From NCBI RefSeq assembly GCF_900083515.1, contig NZ_LT671858.1, positions 240,001 through 272,000 of the forward strand: DNA of 32,000 nucleotides, given 5' to 3'. This DNA comes from Cuniculiplasma divulgatum (GTDB lineage Archaea; Thermoplasmatota; Thermoplasmata; Thermoplasmatales; Thermoplasmataceae). Every line of letters begins with the position of its first letter. Positions within the stretch are counted from its first letter, which is position 1. Shown one piece after another: positions 9,385 through 18,804 of this stretch. The notes under the pieces are model-generated. The model was not told where the DNA came from. It was given only the letters and a program-made list of their open reading frames with translations, and made no database searches. The translations under genes and the position numbers were made by a program.

Positions 9385-10374
9385 ATGGCATATAAATTTA
9401 TGAAGGCATATTTCATAGATAAATTTGGAATTGAGAATATTGAGATGAGGGATGTTAAAGAACCATCTACTGCAAAAGGTTTCGTCAAGGTAAATCCTGT
9501 AATGGCAGGGATTAACCCGCTGGATTATAATGTTATAGCCGGTAAGGTTTTGTATGGTATCAATCCCATGCCACATATTCCAGGATCGGAAATTCTGGCA
9601 ATAGTATCCGAGGACAGCGGTAAATTCAGGAAAGGTGATCGCGTAGTTGTATACAACAGGATATATGACGGAACATGTGAATACTGTATTTCTGGAAGAG
9701 AATATCTATGCCCTAATGGAGGAATATACGGAGTGGTAAGTAATGGTGGATTTGCAGAAACACTGTTGATTAAGGAGGAAAATCTATACAGGGTACCAGA
9801 CACGATTTCAGATGAGGTTGCTGTTTCCTTTCCAATAGCAGCAATGACACCATATCACGCACTTAAGGAGGCTGGTGCCAGAGCAGGTCAAACATTGATG
9901 GTCTACGGAGCTTCAGGAAACACAGGAATTTTTGCCATACAACTGGCAAATATGATGGGACTGAATGTTTTCGCTGTATCCTCAAAGGCCTATCTCGATG
10001 AATACGGAGCCAGAGAAACTTTTCCAGCTGAAAAAATTCCCGAGGACTTTAAGGCGGATATAGTGATCAACCCACTGGGTGGTGAGTTTTTCTCCAAATC
10101 CCTTACCCACGTTCAGAGGAGGGGAAAACTCATAACATTTGGTGTATTGAATGGCCGAGATACTACCATTGACATAGGTAGAATATATACAAACGAAATA
10201 AGTATTATAGGATCAACCGGTGGAAGCAGGCAAGACATGAGAGAACTAATTGATCTTGCGTCAGGAAGAAAGCTGAATGTAAAAATGGACAAAATTTTCC
10301 AGTTCGATCAGTTAAAGGATGCTCTGGTTTATTTCGGAAAACCGAGGGACGGGAGGGTACTGATCAGATTTTAG
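9385..10374 (+). CDS. Zinc-type alcohol dehydrogenase / MDR-family oxidoreductase
   Basis: The 329-aa ORF has GSEILAIV, the structural-zinc Cys cluster CEYCISGREYLC and the Rossmann motif GASGNTG. Confidence 0.8.
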   Translation: MAYKFMKAYFIDKFGIENIEMRDVKEPSTAKGFVKVNPVMAGINPLDYNVIAGKVLYGINPMPHIPGSEILAIVSEDSGKFRKGDRVVVYNRIYDGTCEYCISGREYLCPNGGIYGVVSNGGFAETLLIKEENLYRVPDTISDEVAVSFPIAAMTPYHALKEAGARAGQTLMVYGASGNTGIFAIQLANMMGLNVFAVSSKAYLDEYGARETFPAEKIPEDFKADIVINPLGGEFFSKSLTHVQRRGKLITFGVLNGRDTTIDIGRIYTNEISIIGSTGGSRQDMRELIDLASGRKLNVKMDKIFQFDQLKDALVYFGKPRDGRVLIRF

Positions 10375-11020
10375 TCCTAACAAGATTTTTAAGATAGGAA
10401 ATATTTTTTCCAATATCTCCTCCGTAAATATATGATGCAGAAACAAGGATATCGGCACCAGAATCAACCGCAATCTGTCCGGTTCTATTGTTAATGCCAC
10501 CATCTATTTCAATCTGGGTTTCAAGGGAATGCTGGTCTATGTATTCTCTTGCCTCACTGATCTTTTGGGTGATACCATCTATAAAGCTTTGTCCAGAAAA
10601 TCCCGGATAAACACTCATGATAAGGAGTATTTCAGCATCATCCACAAGATCCTTTACTGCTGAGAAGGGTGTATCTGGATTAATCACTATTCCGTAGCGC
10701 TTCCCCTCTTCCTTTACGTCTCTAAAACACTTTTTGAGGTTCACTGGAGACTCATAATGAAACATAAGTATATCAGCACCAGCATCAGAGAAAACTTTCC
10801 AGTATTTATCTGGGTTTGTAACCATCATATGTGCTTCGAGGGGAAGATCAGTGCATCTCCTGATGGCAGATATTAAATCTCCTCCCATGGTGAGATTGGG
10901 AACGAAATGGCCATCCATTATATCCAGATGAAACTGATCTGCACCTGAATTTACACTCATTTCAATCTGATCCCTGAGAAACTCAAGTTTACAAGATATA
11001 ACTGAAGGGGAAACTTTCAT
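10364..11020 (-). CDS. rpe: Ribulose-phosphate 3-epimerase
   Basis: The 218-aa ORF has SPSVISC..., FHLDIMDGHFVPNLT, EAHMMV and a C-terminal IEIDGGIN. It overlaps the convergent ADH gene by 11 nt. Confidence 0.9.
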   Translation of the reverse strand: MKVSPSVISCKLEFLRDQIEMSVNSGADQFHLDIMDGHFVPNLTMGGDLISAIRRCTDLPLEAHMMVTNPDKYWKVFSDAGADILMFHYESPVNLKKCFRDVKEEGKRYGIVINPDTPFSAVKDLVDDAEILLIMSVYPGFSGQSFIDGITQKISEAREYIDQHSLETQIEIDGGINNRTGQIAVDSGADILVSASYIYGGDIGKNISYLKNLVRTKI

Positions 11021-11164
11021 ATTTCATCCATATGAATCACAAATGATTTACTTTTCTAAATTTAGTGATTCTGCACGTATGTCTGGTATATAAACTATAA
11101 AATCTTCACTTCATAAATATAAGCAATATTGATCATGGGATATATTTAAATAGAGTGTAATAGA

Positions 11165-11671
11165 TTGTTGATCATGGTGGAAAATAAAGACACTGTATCG
11201 GGAAAGCCACCAGATGAAGTGATGGAAAAGATAGTCTCAAAGCTTATTTCCGTGAAGAGAAACGTAATAAGTAAATATGAGGCAATAAGAGAGGTCAGCA
11301 AATTACATAACACCATTCAGATTCTGGATGAACTGATAAATCTTGAAAAGAAAGACATCGAAATACTGGAGAATGCTGAGGCCTTAGAACAGGTTATGTA
11401 CTCAAGAAGAACTGGAAAGGAGCGTGATTATGGGTCGCTGGATCATATTATCTCTACAGATCCTGAACCAGAAAAAGATGATCCAAAGAGCATTCTTGCA
11501 TGGTCAATCTCAAAATCTGATGAAATATATAAAATAGCTGATCTTCTGAGTGGGGAATATGATGACGAAAATCTGAAAAAACTTTTAAAGAACATTGCGG
11601 AAAGTGAAATGAAGAGAAAAAACAGGATGACGGAGCTCTACGAGGACATTATAAACAAGGATGACTGGTAA
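11165..11671 (+). CDS. Hypothetical acidic helical protein
   Basis: The ORF is 168 aa and the track start is TTG. An in-frame ATG at 11174 (MVENK...) is the more likely start. No family is recognised. Confidence 0.5.
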   Translation: MLIMVENKDTVSGKPPDEVMEKIVSKLISVKRNVISKYEAIREVSKLHNTIQILDELINLEKKDIEILENAEALEQVMYSRRTGKERDYGSLDHIISTDPEPEKDDPKSILAWSISKSDEIYKIADLLSGEYDDENLKKLLKNIAESEMKRKNRMTELYEDIINKDDW

Positions 11672-11784
11672 GTATAATGTCATTATTTTGTTAAACCATG
11701 TCCATCAATTTTATCCCACATCATGTTCCATAAAAATTAAAACTTTCCAGCACATATTAAATACAATCTGAAATTACCATTTCC

Positions 11785-13347
11785 ATGGAAGAAGACAGGG
11801 ATATTCTGAAAGGAATATTTAGAAGGGAAGTAAGGGTATTCTTTCTTCTTTATCCTGCGTTCAGAAGATTTCAGAAAGATAGAAAGAGCGCCAAGAGTGA
11901 AAGTGGAAAGGACTGGGACTACAGAAGGGAAAGAAACGGTAAGAAAGCAGTTCAACTTTTCATAGAACTTGGTCCTGCTTTTATAAAGCTAGGTCAGATA
12001 CTTTCTGCAAGACCTGATCTGCTTCCAAAGGAATATATATCATCATTTGAAAAACTGCAGGACAGTGTTCCACCTTCACCATTCGAAGAGGTTAGACCCA
12101 GTCTGGAAGAGAATCTCGGAAAACTTGATGAGGTATTTGATAATTTTGATCGTGAGGCAATTTCTGGGGCATCACTTGGCCAGGTGTACAGAGCAACTTA
12201 TAAAGGCAAAGATGTGGCTGTAAAGGTTAACAGGCCAGATGCTGAGTTTATAGTAAAAAGAGATATAGTATTACTGGACAGGATACTTAGATTCGCCAGG
12301 GGAAGGATAGAGAACTTCCTGTATTTAAGTATAAATAATGTCCTCAGAGATTTCCGTAAGAGAATAATAGAGGAGATGAACTACGAGAAGGAGGCCTCTA
12401 ATTCAAAGAGAATTGCAAGGAATATATCTGGAAGAGAGAAAATAATCGTACCACGTGTTTACGATGAGCTTTCATCAAAACAGGTACTCGTAATGGATTA
12501 TATCTCTGGAACGAAGATAACAGATGTGAGAAAGCTCAAGGAAAAGAATATTGATATTCAGAAACTTGCCTATGATCTCGATATATCCTTCATAAGGATG
12601 TTGCTCAGGGATGATATTTTTCATGCAGATCCTCATCCAGGAAATATATCCGTAACAGATTCTGGAGAAATCATTCTTTATGATTTTGGAATGGTAGGTG
12701 ACCTTGATGATAATACAAGATATTACCTTCTTTCTCTTTATGATGGTTTAACCAGAGGAGACATAGATCAGATCGTAGATTCGCTTATAGGCGTTAAGGC
12801 TCTTTCTCCGGCCGCGAATAGAGGCGTCATAAAGAAAAGCGTTGAGCTTGGAATGGCCGGAATGTCAGGTAAGAGGGCTGAGGATAGTGAAATAAGGGAA
12901 TTACTGGAGATTGCCAATGATGTTGTATTTGAATTTCCGTTCAGGCTTCCAACTTCCCTGGTTTTATACATGAGAATGAGTTCACTACTTGAGGGAATTT
13001 GTCTCTCATTAGATCCAGAATTCAAGTTTGTAAAAGTCCTGAGAAAGCTGTTCATGGAAGAAGGATTACTCAAAGAACTTTATGAGAAACAGATAAGTAT
13101 GTTTATGGAAGATTCTATTCGTTCCATAGAAGCTGGAGTGGCTATATTACCACTTCTCAGGAGAAAACTCGAAAGCGAAGAAGAGAAACCGGTAATAAAA
13201 AAGAGACAGAGCGTTCCCATGGCAATCTTTGGTGGTTTTCTAATATTATCTGGAATTTATGAATATGAAAAAATTCCAAATATAGGTTATTTATTATTTG
13301 GACTTGGTTTTCTGTTCAGCCTCTACTCGGTATTAAGAAGAGAATAA
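11785..13347 (+). CDS. ABC1/UbiB (AarF) family atypical kinase with a C-terminal membrane anchor
   Basis: The 520-aa ORF has the signature LGPAFIKLGQILSARPDLLPKEYISSFEKLQDSVPP and kinase-like motifs (VAVKVNRP, HADPHPGNI, DFG). A hydrophobic tail sits at the C-terminus. Confidence 0.88.
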   Translation: MEEDRDILKGIFRREVRVFFLLYPAFRRFQKDRKSAKSESGKDWDYRRERNGKKAVQLFIELGPAFIKLGQILSARPDLLPKEYISSFEKLQDSVPPSPFEEVRPSLEENLGKLDEVFDNFDREAISGASLGQVYRATYKGKDVAVKVNRPDAEFIVKRDIVLLDRILRFARGRIENFLYLSINNVLRDFRKRIIEEMNYEKEASNSKRIARNISGREKIIVPRVYDELSSKQVLVMDYISGTKITDVRKLKEKNIDIQKLAYDLDISFIRMLLRDDIFHADPHPGNISVTDSGEIILYDFGMVGDLDDNTRYYLLSLYDGLTRGDIDQIVDSLIGVKALSPAANRGVIKKSVELGMAGMSGKRAEDSEIRELLEIANDVVFEFPFRLPTSLVLYMRMSSLLEGICLSLDPEFKFVKVLRKLFMEEGLLKELYEKQISMFMEDSIRSIEAGVAILPLLRRKLESEEEKPVIKKRQSVPMAIFGGFLILSGIYEYEKIPNIGYLLFGLGFLFSLYSVLRRE

Positions 13348-13430
13348 ACATTTTCAACCTATTAAACTAAAAATGCCAGTTTCCATTACATAACGGACAA
13401 ACTTATAATAAACAGTTAAATCAGGAACCA

Positions 13431-13889
13431 ATGAGTACAATTTTCAGCAGGCTAATGAAAGATGTAACAGGAGGATACACACCTACAAAGATTGTTAGGT
13501 TTACCTTAATGGCATTCGCCATTCTTGATGCAGCTGCTCACCTTTATGCTTCTCCAGCCACATATCCACTGGTCACATTCTGGCTGGAGATTGAGGTTTC
13601 AGCGTTTATAATAATAGCCATAGTTTTCCTGCTAGGTCTTAAAATATGGTATATTCCCTCCATACTATTCACCCTGTTCAATCTGGTAGTATATCTAATT
13701 TCTGGAATCATACCAATGCCCCCCATTTCAGGAGCTCCCCTCGTGGGTCACGTACAATTTGCATCATACTCTTTCGGAAGGGCATTTTCCCTTGTGGCGT
13801 GGATATACATTATAATCGTTGGACTCGTGATGTTAAGATACGACAATGGATCTAAACTAAACGATCTTCTCAAGGATGATGAGAATTAA
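13431..13889 (+). CDS. Hypothetical integral membrane protein (about 4 TM)
   Basis: The 152-aa hydrophobic ORF overlaps the convergent GT2 gene by 20 nt at its 3' end. Confidence 0.55.
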   Translation: MSTIFSRLMKDVTGGYTPTKIVRFTLMAFAILDAAAHLYASPATYPLVTFWLEIEVSAFIIIAIVFLLGLKIWYIPSILFTLFNLVVYLISGIIPMPPISGAPLVGHVQFASYSFGRAFSLVAWIYIIIVGLVMLRYDNGSKLNDLLKDDEN

Positions 13890-14739
13890 GTTCTTTCCTT
13901 CCCTTGATAAAAAATAATATGTAACCTGTTACTGCACTTGCATTCCTCATTATCCAGATAAGACCAATTTCTCTCTTTCTTATTTTTCCCTTTTCTAACT
14001 TATTCCACACTTCCTTATTTTTATACCTAAGCTGTCCCCTTCCATAACCATTCCAGAAGGCCTGTTTCATGAAAGGAATGAATCTCTCTCTGGTGTTATG
14101 TTTCACTTTACAGTTACTACACCTTGTTGCTCTTGCTCCTTTTGTTATTACTCTCAGGTTAAGATCTATATCCTCAGCTGTCACGAATCTTGGGTCGAAA
14201 CCTCCAGATTTCAAAAAGATATCTCTTCTCACAGCGAGGTTCATTGAAGGAGCGGTTATCTCAAAATTCCCGTAAAATAATTCAACTCTTCCAAACCTTG
14301 AATATCTCAATGGACCTTCCTGACGTGTTTCTCCCGACACAAGATCGTAATTATTTAACTGCTCTGACATGCACTCTACCCAGTTACTTTCAGGGACTGC
14401 ATCAGCATCGGTGAATAATATCTTGCTGGATTCAGTCAGGTTAACACCTATATTCCTACCCTCTCCTCTCCTACACTTTTTAACAACTATCTTAATTTTT
14501 TCGAAACCAAAATCACTGGCAACCTTAACAGTCAAATCCGAACTTTCTGAGTCAACAATTACAACGTTGCATTTAACTGTCTGACCACTTAAAGCTTCCA
14601 GCAGAGTACCTATATGTTCCTCTTCGTTGTAGGTTGTTATTATAACTGTAGGTAGAAGTGAATCTAGACCCAGTCTGCTCTCCTCGCTTCCCTCTCCTTC
14701 TTTGTCTCCTTTTTGTATTTCTTGTAATGTTCCCTGCAT
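13870..14739 (-). CDS. Family 2 glycosyltransferase
   Basis: The 289-aa ORF has the GT-A fold signature PTVIITTYNEEEHIGTLLEAL...VVIVDSESSD and the DXD-like TDADAV. There is no in-frame ATG/GTG/TTG between 14739 and the conserved N-terminus. The start therefore overlaps the upstream small gene by 76 nt. Confidence 0.85.
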   Translation of the reverse strand: MQGTLQEIQKGDKEGEGSEESRLGLDSLLPTVIITTYNEEEHIGTLLEALSGQTVKCNVVIVDSESSDLTVKVASDFGFEKIKIVVKKCRRGEGRNIGVNLTESSKILFTDADAVPESNWVECMSEQLNNYDLVSGETRQEGPLRYSRFGRVELFYGNFEITAPSMNLAVRRDIFLKSGGFDPRFVTAEDIDLNLRVITKGARATRCSNCKVKHNTRERFIPFMKQAFWNGYGRGQLRYKNKEVWNKLEKGKIRKREIGLIWIMRNASAVTGYILFFIKGRKELNSHHP

Positions 14740-14855
14740 AGATGCACCTTTGTTGCCTTTGCATCAAATGTAAAAACCTTGTTTGCAAGCTCGGCTGGCA
14801 CAGTTTGATAACTTTCTTCTTCGCATCCCTTAACATCGCATTTCTTTTCAGACAT
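14664..14855 (-). CDS. Small Cys/His zinc-binding-type basic protein (hypothetical)
   Basis: The track ORF is 14664..14876. The second ATG (complement of 14853-14855, MSEKKCDVKGCEE...) is the more likely start. The protein has CDVKGC ... LCREH (a C-x4-C ... C-x2-H arrangement) and a Lys/Arg-rich tail (HYKKYKKETKKEREARR). It lies just downstream of the RNase P RNA on the same strand. Confidence 0.55.
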   Translation of the reverse strand: MSEKKCDVKGCEEESYQTVPAELANKVFTFDAKATKVHLCREHYKKYKKETKKEREARRADWV

Positions 14856-14912
14856 GGTGATGTATATGTATCTCATTTATTATTTTTAGTCAATGATTGT
14901 AAATTATAAAAT

Positions 14913-15232
14913 GGGAATGCCCGGAGTAAGCTCCCTTCTGTTCCCCTGTAAATCAGGCTGGCAGCATTCGACTATGGCCATAAGGCACGCTGCGTCCTAC
15001 CCGACCCTCAGAGTGGTCTCACGGGGTCTCTTTGGACTTTCTCCAATCAGGTCGACTGTTCCATCATCGATCCAGGAAATGTCATCCTCAGGGAATCATT
15101 CTTTACCTGGAAATGTTTCTTTCTTTTGTCGTTGCCATTCCTCTCGGAATACCTGCATTGCAGGCTGATACCCACTCAGGAGGGGAGACTTTCCTCACTC
15201 CACTGGAGCGTAAGCTGCCCTCGAGCTTTCCC
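14913..15232 (-). ncRNA. rnpB: RNase P RNA (archaeal type)
   Basis: The minus strand reads GAGGAAAGUCUCCCC (CR-I, complement of 15182-15196) and ACAGAAGGGAGCUUAC (CR-V, complement of 14926-14941). The P4 pairing AAG[U]CUCCC / GGGAGCUU is preserved with the conserved bulged U. The termini (GGGAAAGCUCGAGG / CUCCGGGCAUUCCC) can form P1. The patch is locally GC-rich within AT-rich surroundings. A TATA-like TTTTAATTAATTA lies about 20-30 nt upstream. The ends are good to about +/-5 nt. Confidence 0.88.
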
Positions 15233-15425
15233 AATGGTCATTAGAAGTTAATTAATTAAAATGTCGAAACGAAAAATATGTATTGGATATTAAGTTAAGA
15301 AATACATCATTAGTTTCATAAATTTTCATATTATTTTGTGATTTTTTAATATATTTTTCAGGGTCAAAGATTGTACTATACCTCTGTACCATAAGTTAGT
15401 TATTAACCCCATCTATGATAGGAGT

Positions 15426-17240
15426 ATGAATAAAATAACCATAGCAGCAATAGCAGTGGTGTTTATACTTGCAAGTGGGAGTGCAATATCTCTTGCTTCC
15501 AGTGGAAACATCAACGGAGCAATAACCACGAAAACTATGGATGGATACTCTGTATCCTATAATAGCACAAGTGGCTTTATAAAGGATGTATCATATGAAT
15601 ATATGACAGGTGGCCATGTGACTTTGGCCAGTGGCATATATGTCAATGGAACACAAATCAACACAAACATGTTCCTGAAAAATGAGATATCCCTGGATAG
15701 TGGGAGAGTGGTCATATTTGGAAACAATGTACCTCAATCCATTGGAATAATGACAGGTTCAACTGGACACAGCAATATGGATATACACCTCAATGAAAGT
15801 GCAAGAGTTTTACAAAGCAATTTCAGGTTGAGTTCATCTAGCCAGTTCCAGTTCGGCGGAATGGGAATGAAAACATACTCTGGGATGCAGTTCAGATCCT
15901 ATGAAATTATGAACGGAAATTTCTCAGGGGTCATAGTAACAGATGGAAAAGTTTCACTGACAGGGAGCAACTCAAACACAGTAATGAGCATAGAACAGGT
16001 TAACAGCACATTTATGGAAAAGATAACACCTTTATTCGCTGTGTTTGTTACATCACAGAATATACAGAATTTGCTTCAAAACCATAAAAACCAGCTACTC
16101 AGTAATAAATTCGCCTACAATGCCACTACCGGAAAGGTTGTGGGAAAGTATGTGAGTTTTCAATTTAATAATTCAACCAATACTGTAAGCAACATGAATT
16201 TAACCAGTCACAGCATAAACTCAACCTTATTTTCCTCGGTGAAAATATCAGGAAATGGAACAATTGGTAAGGGATTCAACATACCATCATTCAAAATTGG
16301 AAGTGTGGATACATACGGTTCAATTTTCTTCTACGCAAATGATACTTACATAATGACAGTACATGACAATCCGGTTGCACAGTCCTCATACATTGTAAAT
16401 AATGGTACAATAATCTTTTCACTGCCTGATCATAGCAATGTGTCTATGCTCAGAATGAACGGTTTTGATACCCGAGTTAATGAATCAATGGTACTATCAG
16501 GATCATCTTTCCAGGAAAAGGAAATGTTTGGTCTGAACAACAGGGTAAGCTTTGGAACAGAAGTTTTAAAAATAAACACACCGAATGTTACAGAGATGAT
16601 GGTAGTAAATGGAGGAAATATTACAGTGAAGAATAACTCAACCATTACAGTAAAAACAGGTAAATACGCAATGATAAATGTTGTAGTTCCACCTGGATTG
16701 CATAATCTTGGAAAGTATGAGAAAAGACTGGATAACGCTCTAAGTTCAGGTAAAATCGCAGCTGAACTTTCAATTAATGGAAACACAAATTCACAGAACT
16801 TCACAATGTCATTTAACTCCACAGTGATCACAAATATAACATCTATAAGCTCAGGTCATGCGATCATATCAGTGAGTGCACTTCCCGGACATAAGCAAGG
16901 AACTAATGTGGTAATATTCCTTTCCAATACTTTTCTGCAGAATTCACATAATGTCTACATCAAGTTTGATGGAACAGTCATAAGCTCTATGAGCATGAAC
17001 GGGCTTTTGAATGACACAAGCTCAGTTTCGGCAGCCTATTCTGTTTACGCTGAGAGTAACGGTGATCTTGTAATAATGCACATTCCTCACTTTTCAAAAC
17101 ATACTATAGAAGTATCTAACACTGAATTCCCATCTACAACCGCAACAGTCAGCTCACTCTTAATTCCAGTAATCGGAGTAGTAATTGCCGCAGCCGTCAT
17201 AGTAGGGGCAGTCGTTTTCATTAGAAAAAGAAACAACTGA
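15426..17240 (+). CDS. Large secreted, C-terminally membrane-anchored surface protein rich in N-glycosylation sequons
   Basis: The 604-aa ORF has an N-terminal signal (MNKITIAAIAVVFILASGSAISLASS) and a C-terminal TM plus basic stop-transfer (LLIPVIGVVIAAAVIVGAVVFIRKRNN). By hand I counted about 23 N-x-S/T sequons. The composition is Ser/Thr/Asn-rich and no catalytic motifs are visible. Confidence 0.75.
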   Translation: MNKITIAAIAVVFILASGSAISLASSGNINGAITTKTMDGYSVSYNSTSGFIKDVSYEYMTGGHVTLASGIYVNGTQINTNMFLKNEISLDSGRVVIFGNNVPQSIGIMTGSTGHSNMDIHLNESARVLQSNFRLSSSSQFQFGGMGMKTYSGMQFRSYEIMNGNFSGVIVTDGKVSLTGSNSNTVMSIEQVNSTFMEKITPLFAVFVTSQNIQNLLQNHKNQLLSNKFAYNATTGKVVGKYVSFQFNNSTNTVSNMNLTSHSINSTLFSSVKISGNGTIGKGFNIPSFKIGSVDTYGSIFFYANDTYIMTVHDNPVAQSSYIVNNGTIIFSLPDHSNVSMLRMNGFDTRVNESMVLSGSSFQEKEMFGLNNRVSFGTEVLKINTPNVTEMMVVNGGNITVKNNSTITVKTGKYAMINVVVPPGLHNLGKYEKRLDNALSSGKIAAELSINGNTNSQNFTMSFNSTVITNITSISSGHAIISVSALPGHKQGTNVVIFLSNTFLQNSHNVYIKFDGTVISSMSMNGLLNDTSSVSAAYSVYAESNGDLVIMHIPHFSKHTIEVSNTEFPSTTATVSSLLIPVIGVVIAAAVIVGAVVFIRKRNN

Positions 17241-17253
17241 ACTCTTTTAAAAT

Positions 17254-17919
17254 TTAATTTTTTATTATATCTTCAAGTAAAATTTTTCTTGCATATTTTC
17301 TGGAAACAAGTATTTCTGTTACTGTATCTGGGAGGAAGACTATATCACCCTTATGAAGATAAAAATCTCCAACAGACGTTGCCACAGGCAAAAAGTCAGC
17401 AGTTACAGAAACAGTTGACATTTTTTCAGCCTCTGTTCTGATCTTCTGGCCGTTCTCAATTTTTCGTTCCCCATCACCTGTTTCTGGAGTGGAAATACTT
17501 TCTTCATTTTCTTCTTCCTTTCCTGGTTCCTCTTCAGGTTTAATTATTCTCTCAAGATAGGCCATCATTTTGTTGTGATTTTCCATTATGAATGTTTTTT
17601 CCTCAGGTGCCAGAGGCTCATAAGTCTTCGAACTGATGTCAAACAATGAATCTCGAAGCAGTTTTTCATATCTCTTTAGAAGGAAATTTCTCAGGTTATT
17701 CTCCAGTTTTTCCTTCTTGTCCATGATCTTTCTGTAATTCTCTATTCTTGATTCAGAAACACTTTTGGCCGCCATTTCATTCAGGGTCGTAAGCGCTTCC
17801 CTTACTTCAGTATAAAAGCTAGGTTTTATCCTCTGAATAGACTGGCTAGAACTCTCTATTCTGTAGTATTCTCTTATTTCTTTTGTAATCCTCTCTATTT
17901 CTACTATTGATAAACCCAT
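17254..17919 (-). CDS. GINS complex subunit Gins51-like (DNA replication)
   Basis: The 221-aa ORF has an N-terminal helical A-domain with the typical (L/I)..(P)..FY.EV...L element (IQRIKPSFYTEVREAL). An acidic linker follows, then a C-terminal B-domain (ADFLPVATSVGDFYLHKGDIVFLPDTVTEILVSRKYARKI). Confidence 0.7.
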   Translation of the reverse strand: MGLSIVEIERITKEIREYYRIESSSQSIQRIKPSFYTEVREALTTLNEMAAKSVSESRIENYRKIMDKKEKLENNLRNFLLKRYEKLLRDSLFDISSKTYEPLAPEEKTFIMENHNKMMAYLERIIKPEEEPGKEEENEESISTPETGDGERKIENGQKIRTEAEKMSTVSVTADFLPVATSVGDFYLHKGDIVFLPDTVTEILVSRKYARKILLEDIIKN

Positions 17920-17958
17920 CTTTTCTGATCATATATCATTCTTGTTAAAAAATATATA

Positions 17959-18804
17959 TTATTGTAGAAGGCATTTGAAGGGTTCACTTCCAAATATTTC
18001 TAAAGGGAGGTCTCTGAAGGTATTTTTAAATGTTTGTTCCCATGAATCAGGATAGTTCTGCCTTATCATATTTGCTCGAAGCGGAACAGAATCCGGTGGA
18101 AGAAATCTATTGTCATCTTTTGGATCATTTATATAATCGGTCTCCAGAAGAAATTTCTTTTTGGTAGAAATCGATTCCCTCACAAACTTTCTGTTAGCTG
18201 GAATTGAAAAATTCATTTTTGAATCTTTCAAAAGATTTGATGGTAGAGCATGATGTTTTATAATCTTCGTTGGATTAAGACCATTCCTCCTTGCAAAATC
18301 TTCCATTTCCTCTATTCTTGCATTATCCAGATCTTCCGTATGCAGTATTGCAGGGCATTCCAGTTCTCCGCATCTGGAAAATGCATATTCCAGAAGATTA
18401 TTCGATTTATCTATAATCAAATCTGAGACTGGAAAATGAGGCCTACCTATTTCTCCCATGGCATTGGTGACTCCCTCCTCAATAAGTTTTGCCGCAAGAT
18501 CTATACCATTTCTAACAATATTCTCTGAATCCAGATTCATCTCAGAAAAATGATTGTAATCTAGAGGATACGGTCCAAGAGTGACCAGTACTGTCAAACC
18601 TGTTTCTCTTCTTACAGCATTAGCCATGCTGATTGTTCTTTCATAGATTGTTTTATAATAATTCTCAGATGGGAGAGAGTAGTCTGGAAGATTGGTAAGA
18701 TTGATTGCATTACCTCCAGCCTTCTTGAATCTTCTAGCTCCTTCAAGAAAGTTATTTTCATAATTGAGGTGAAAATGATTGTCAAAAATTAGATAACCAT
18801 CCAT
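17959..18804 (-). CDS. TatD-related metal-dependent hydrolase / deoxyribonuclease
   Basis: The 281-aa ORF has an N-terminal HxH (FDNHFHL) and later ILHTED and LETDY metal-ligand-like motifs of the amidohydrolase/TatD fold. Its ATG overlaps the nre stop by 1 nt (TAATG). Confidence 0.7.
   Translation of the reverse strand: MDGYLIFDNHFHLNYENNFLEGARRFKKAGGNAINLTNLPDYSLPSENYYKTIYERTISMANAVRRETGLTVLVTLGPYPLDYNHFSEMNLDSENIVRNGIDLAAKLIEEGVTNAMGEIGRPHFPVSDLIIDKSNNLLEYAFSRCGELECPAILHTEDLDNARIEEMEDFARRNGLNPTKIIKHHALPSNLLKDSKMNFSIPANRKFVRESISTKKKFLLETDYINDPKDDNRFLPPDSVPLRANMIRQNYPDSWEQTFKNTFRDLPLEIFGSEPFKCLLQ

Noticed and set aside
11565-11590. C-box-like ATGATGA followed by CTGA, considered as a possible C/D box sRNA
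   Set aside because: It lies inside the coding frame of ORF 11165-11671, with no terminal stem or second C'/D pair. I found no convincing C/D box candidates in the intergenic regions I scanned.
14893-15244. Plus-strand ORFs 14893-15168 and 15032-15244
   Set aside because: They lie antisense to, and entirely within, the RNase P RNA gene. The GC-rich structured RNA simply lacks stop codons.
16430-16831. Long antisense ORFs inside well-supported genes (for example 16430-16831, 12768-13073, 30486-30887, 5713-6006, 25597-25857)
   Set aside because: Each is fully embedded opposite a gene with strong family motifs and has a low-complexity composition typical of shadow frames.
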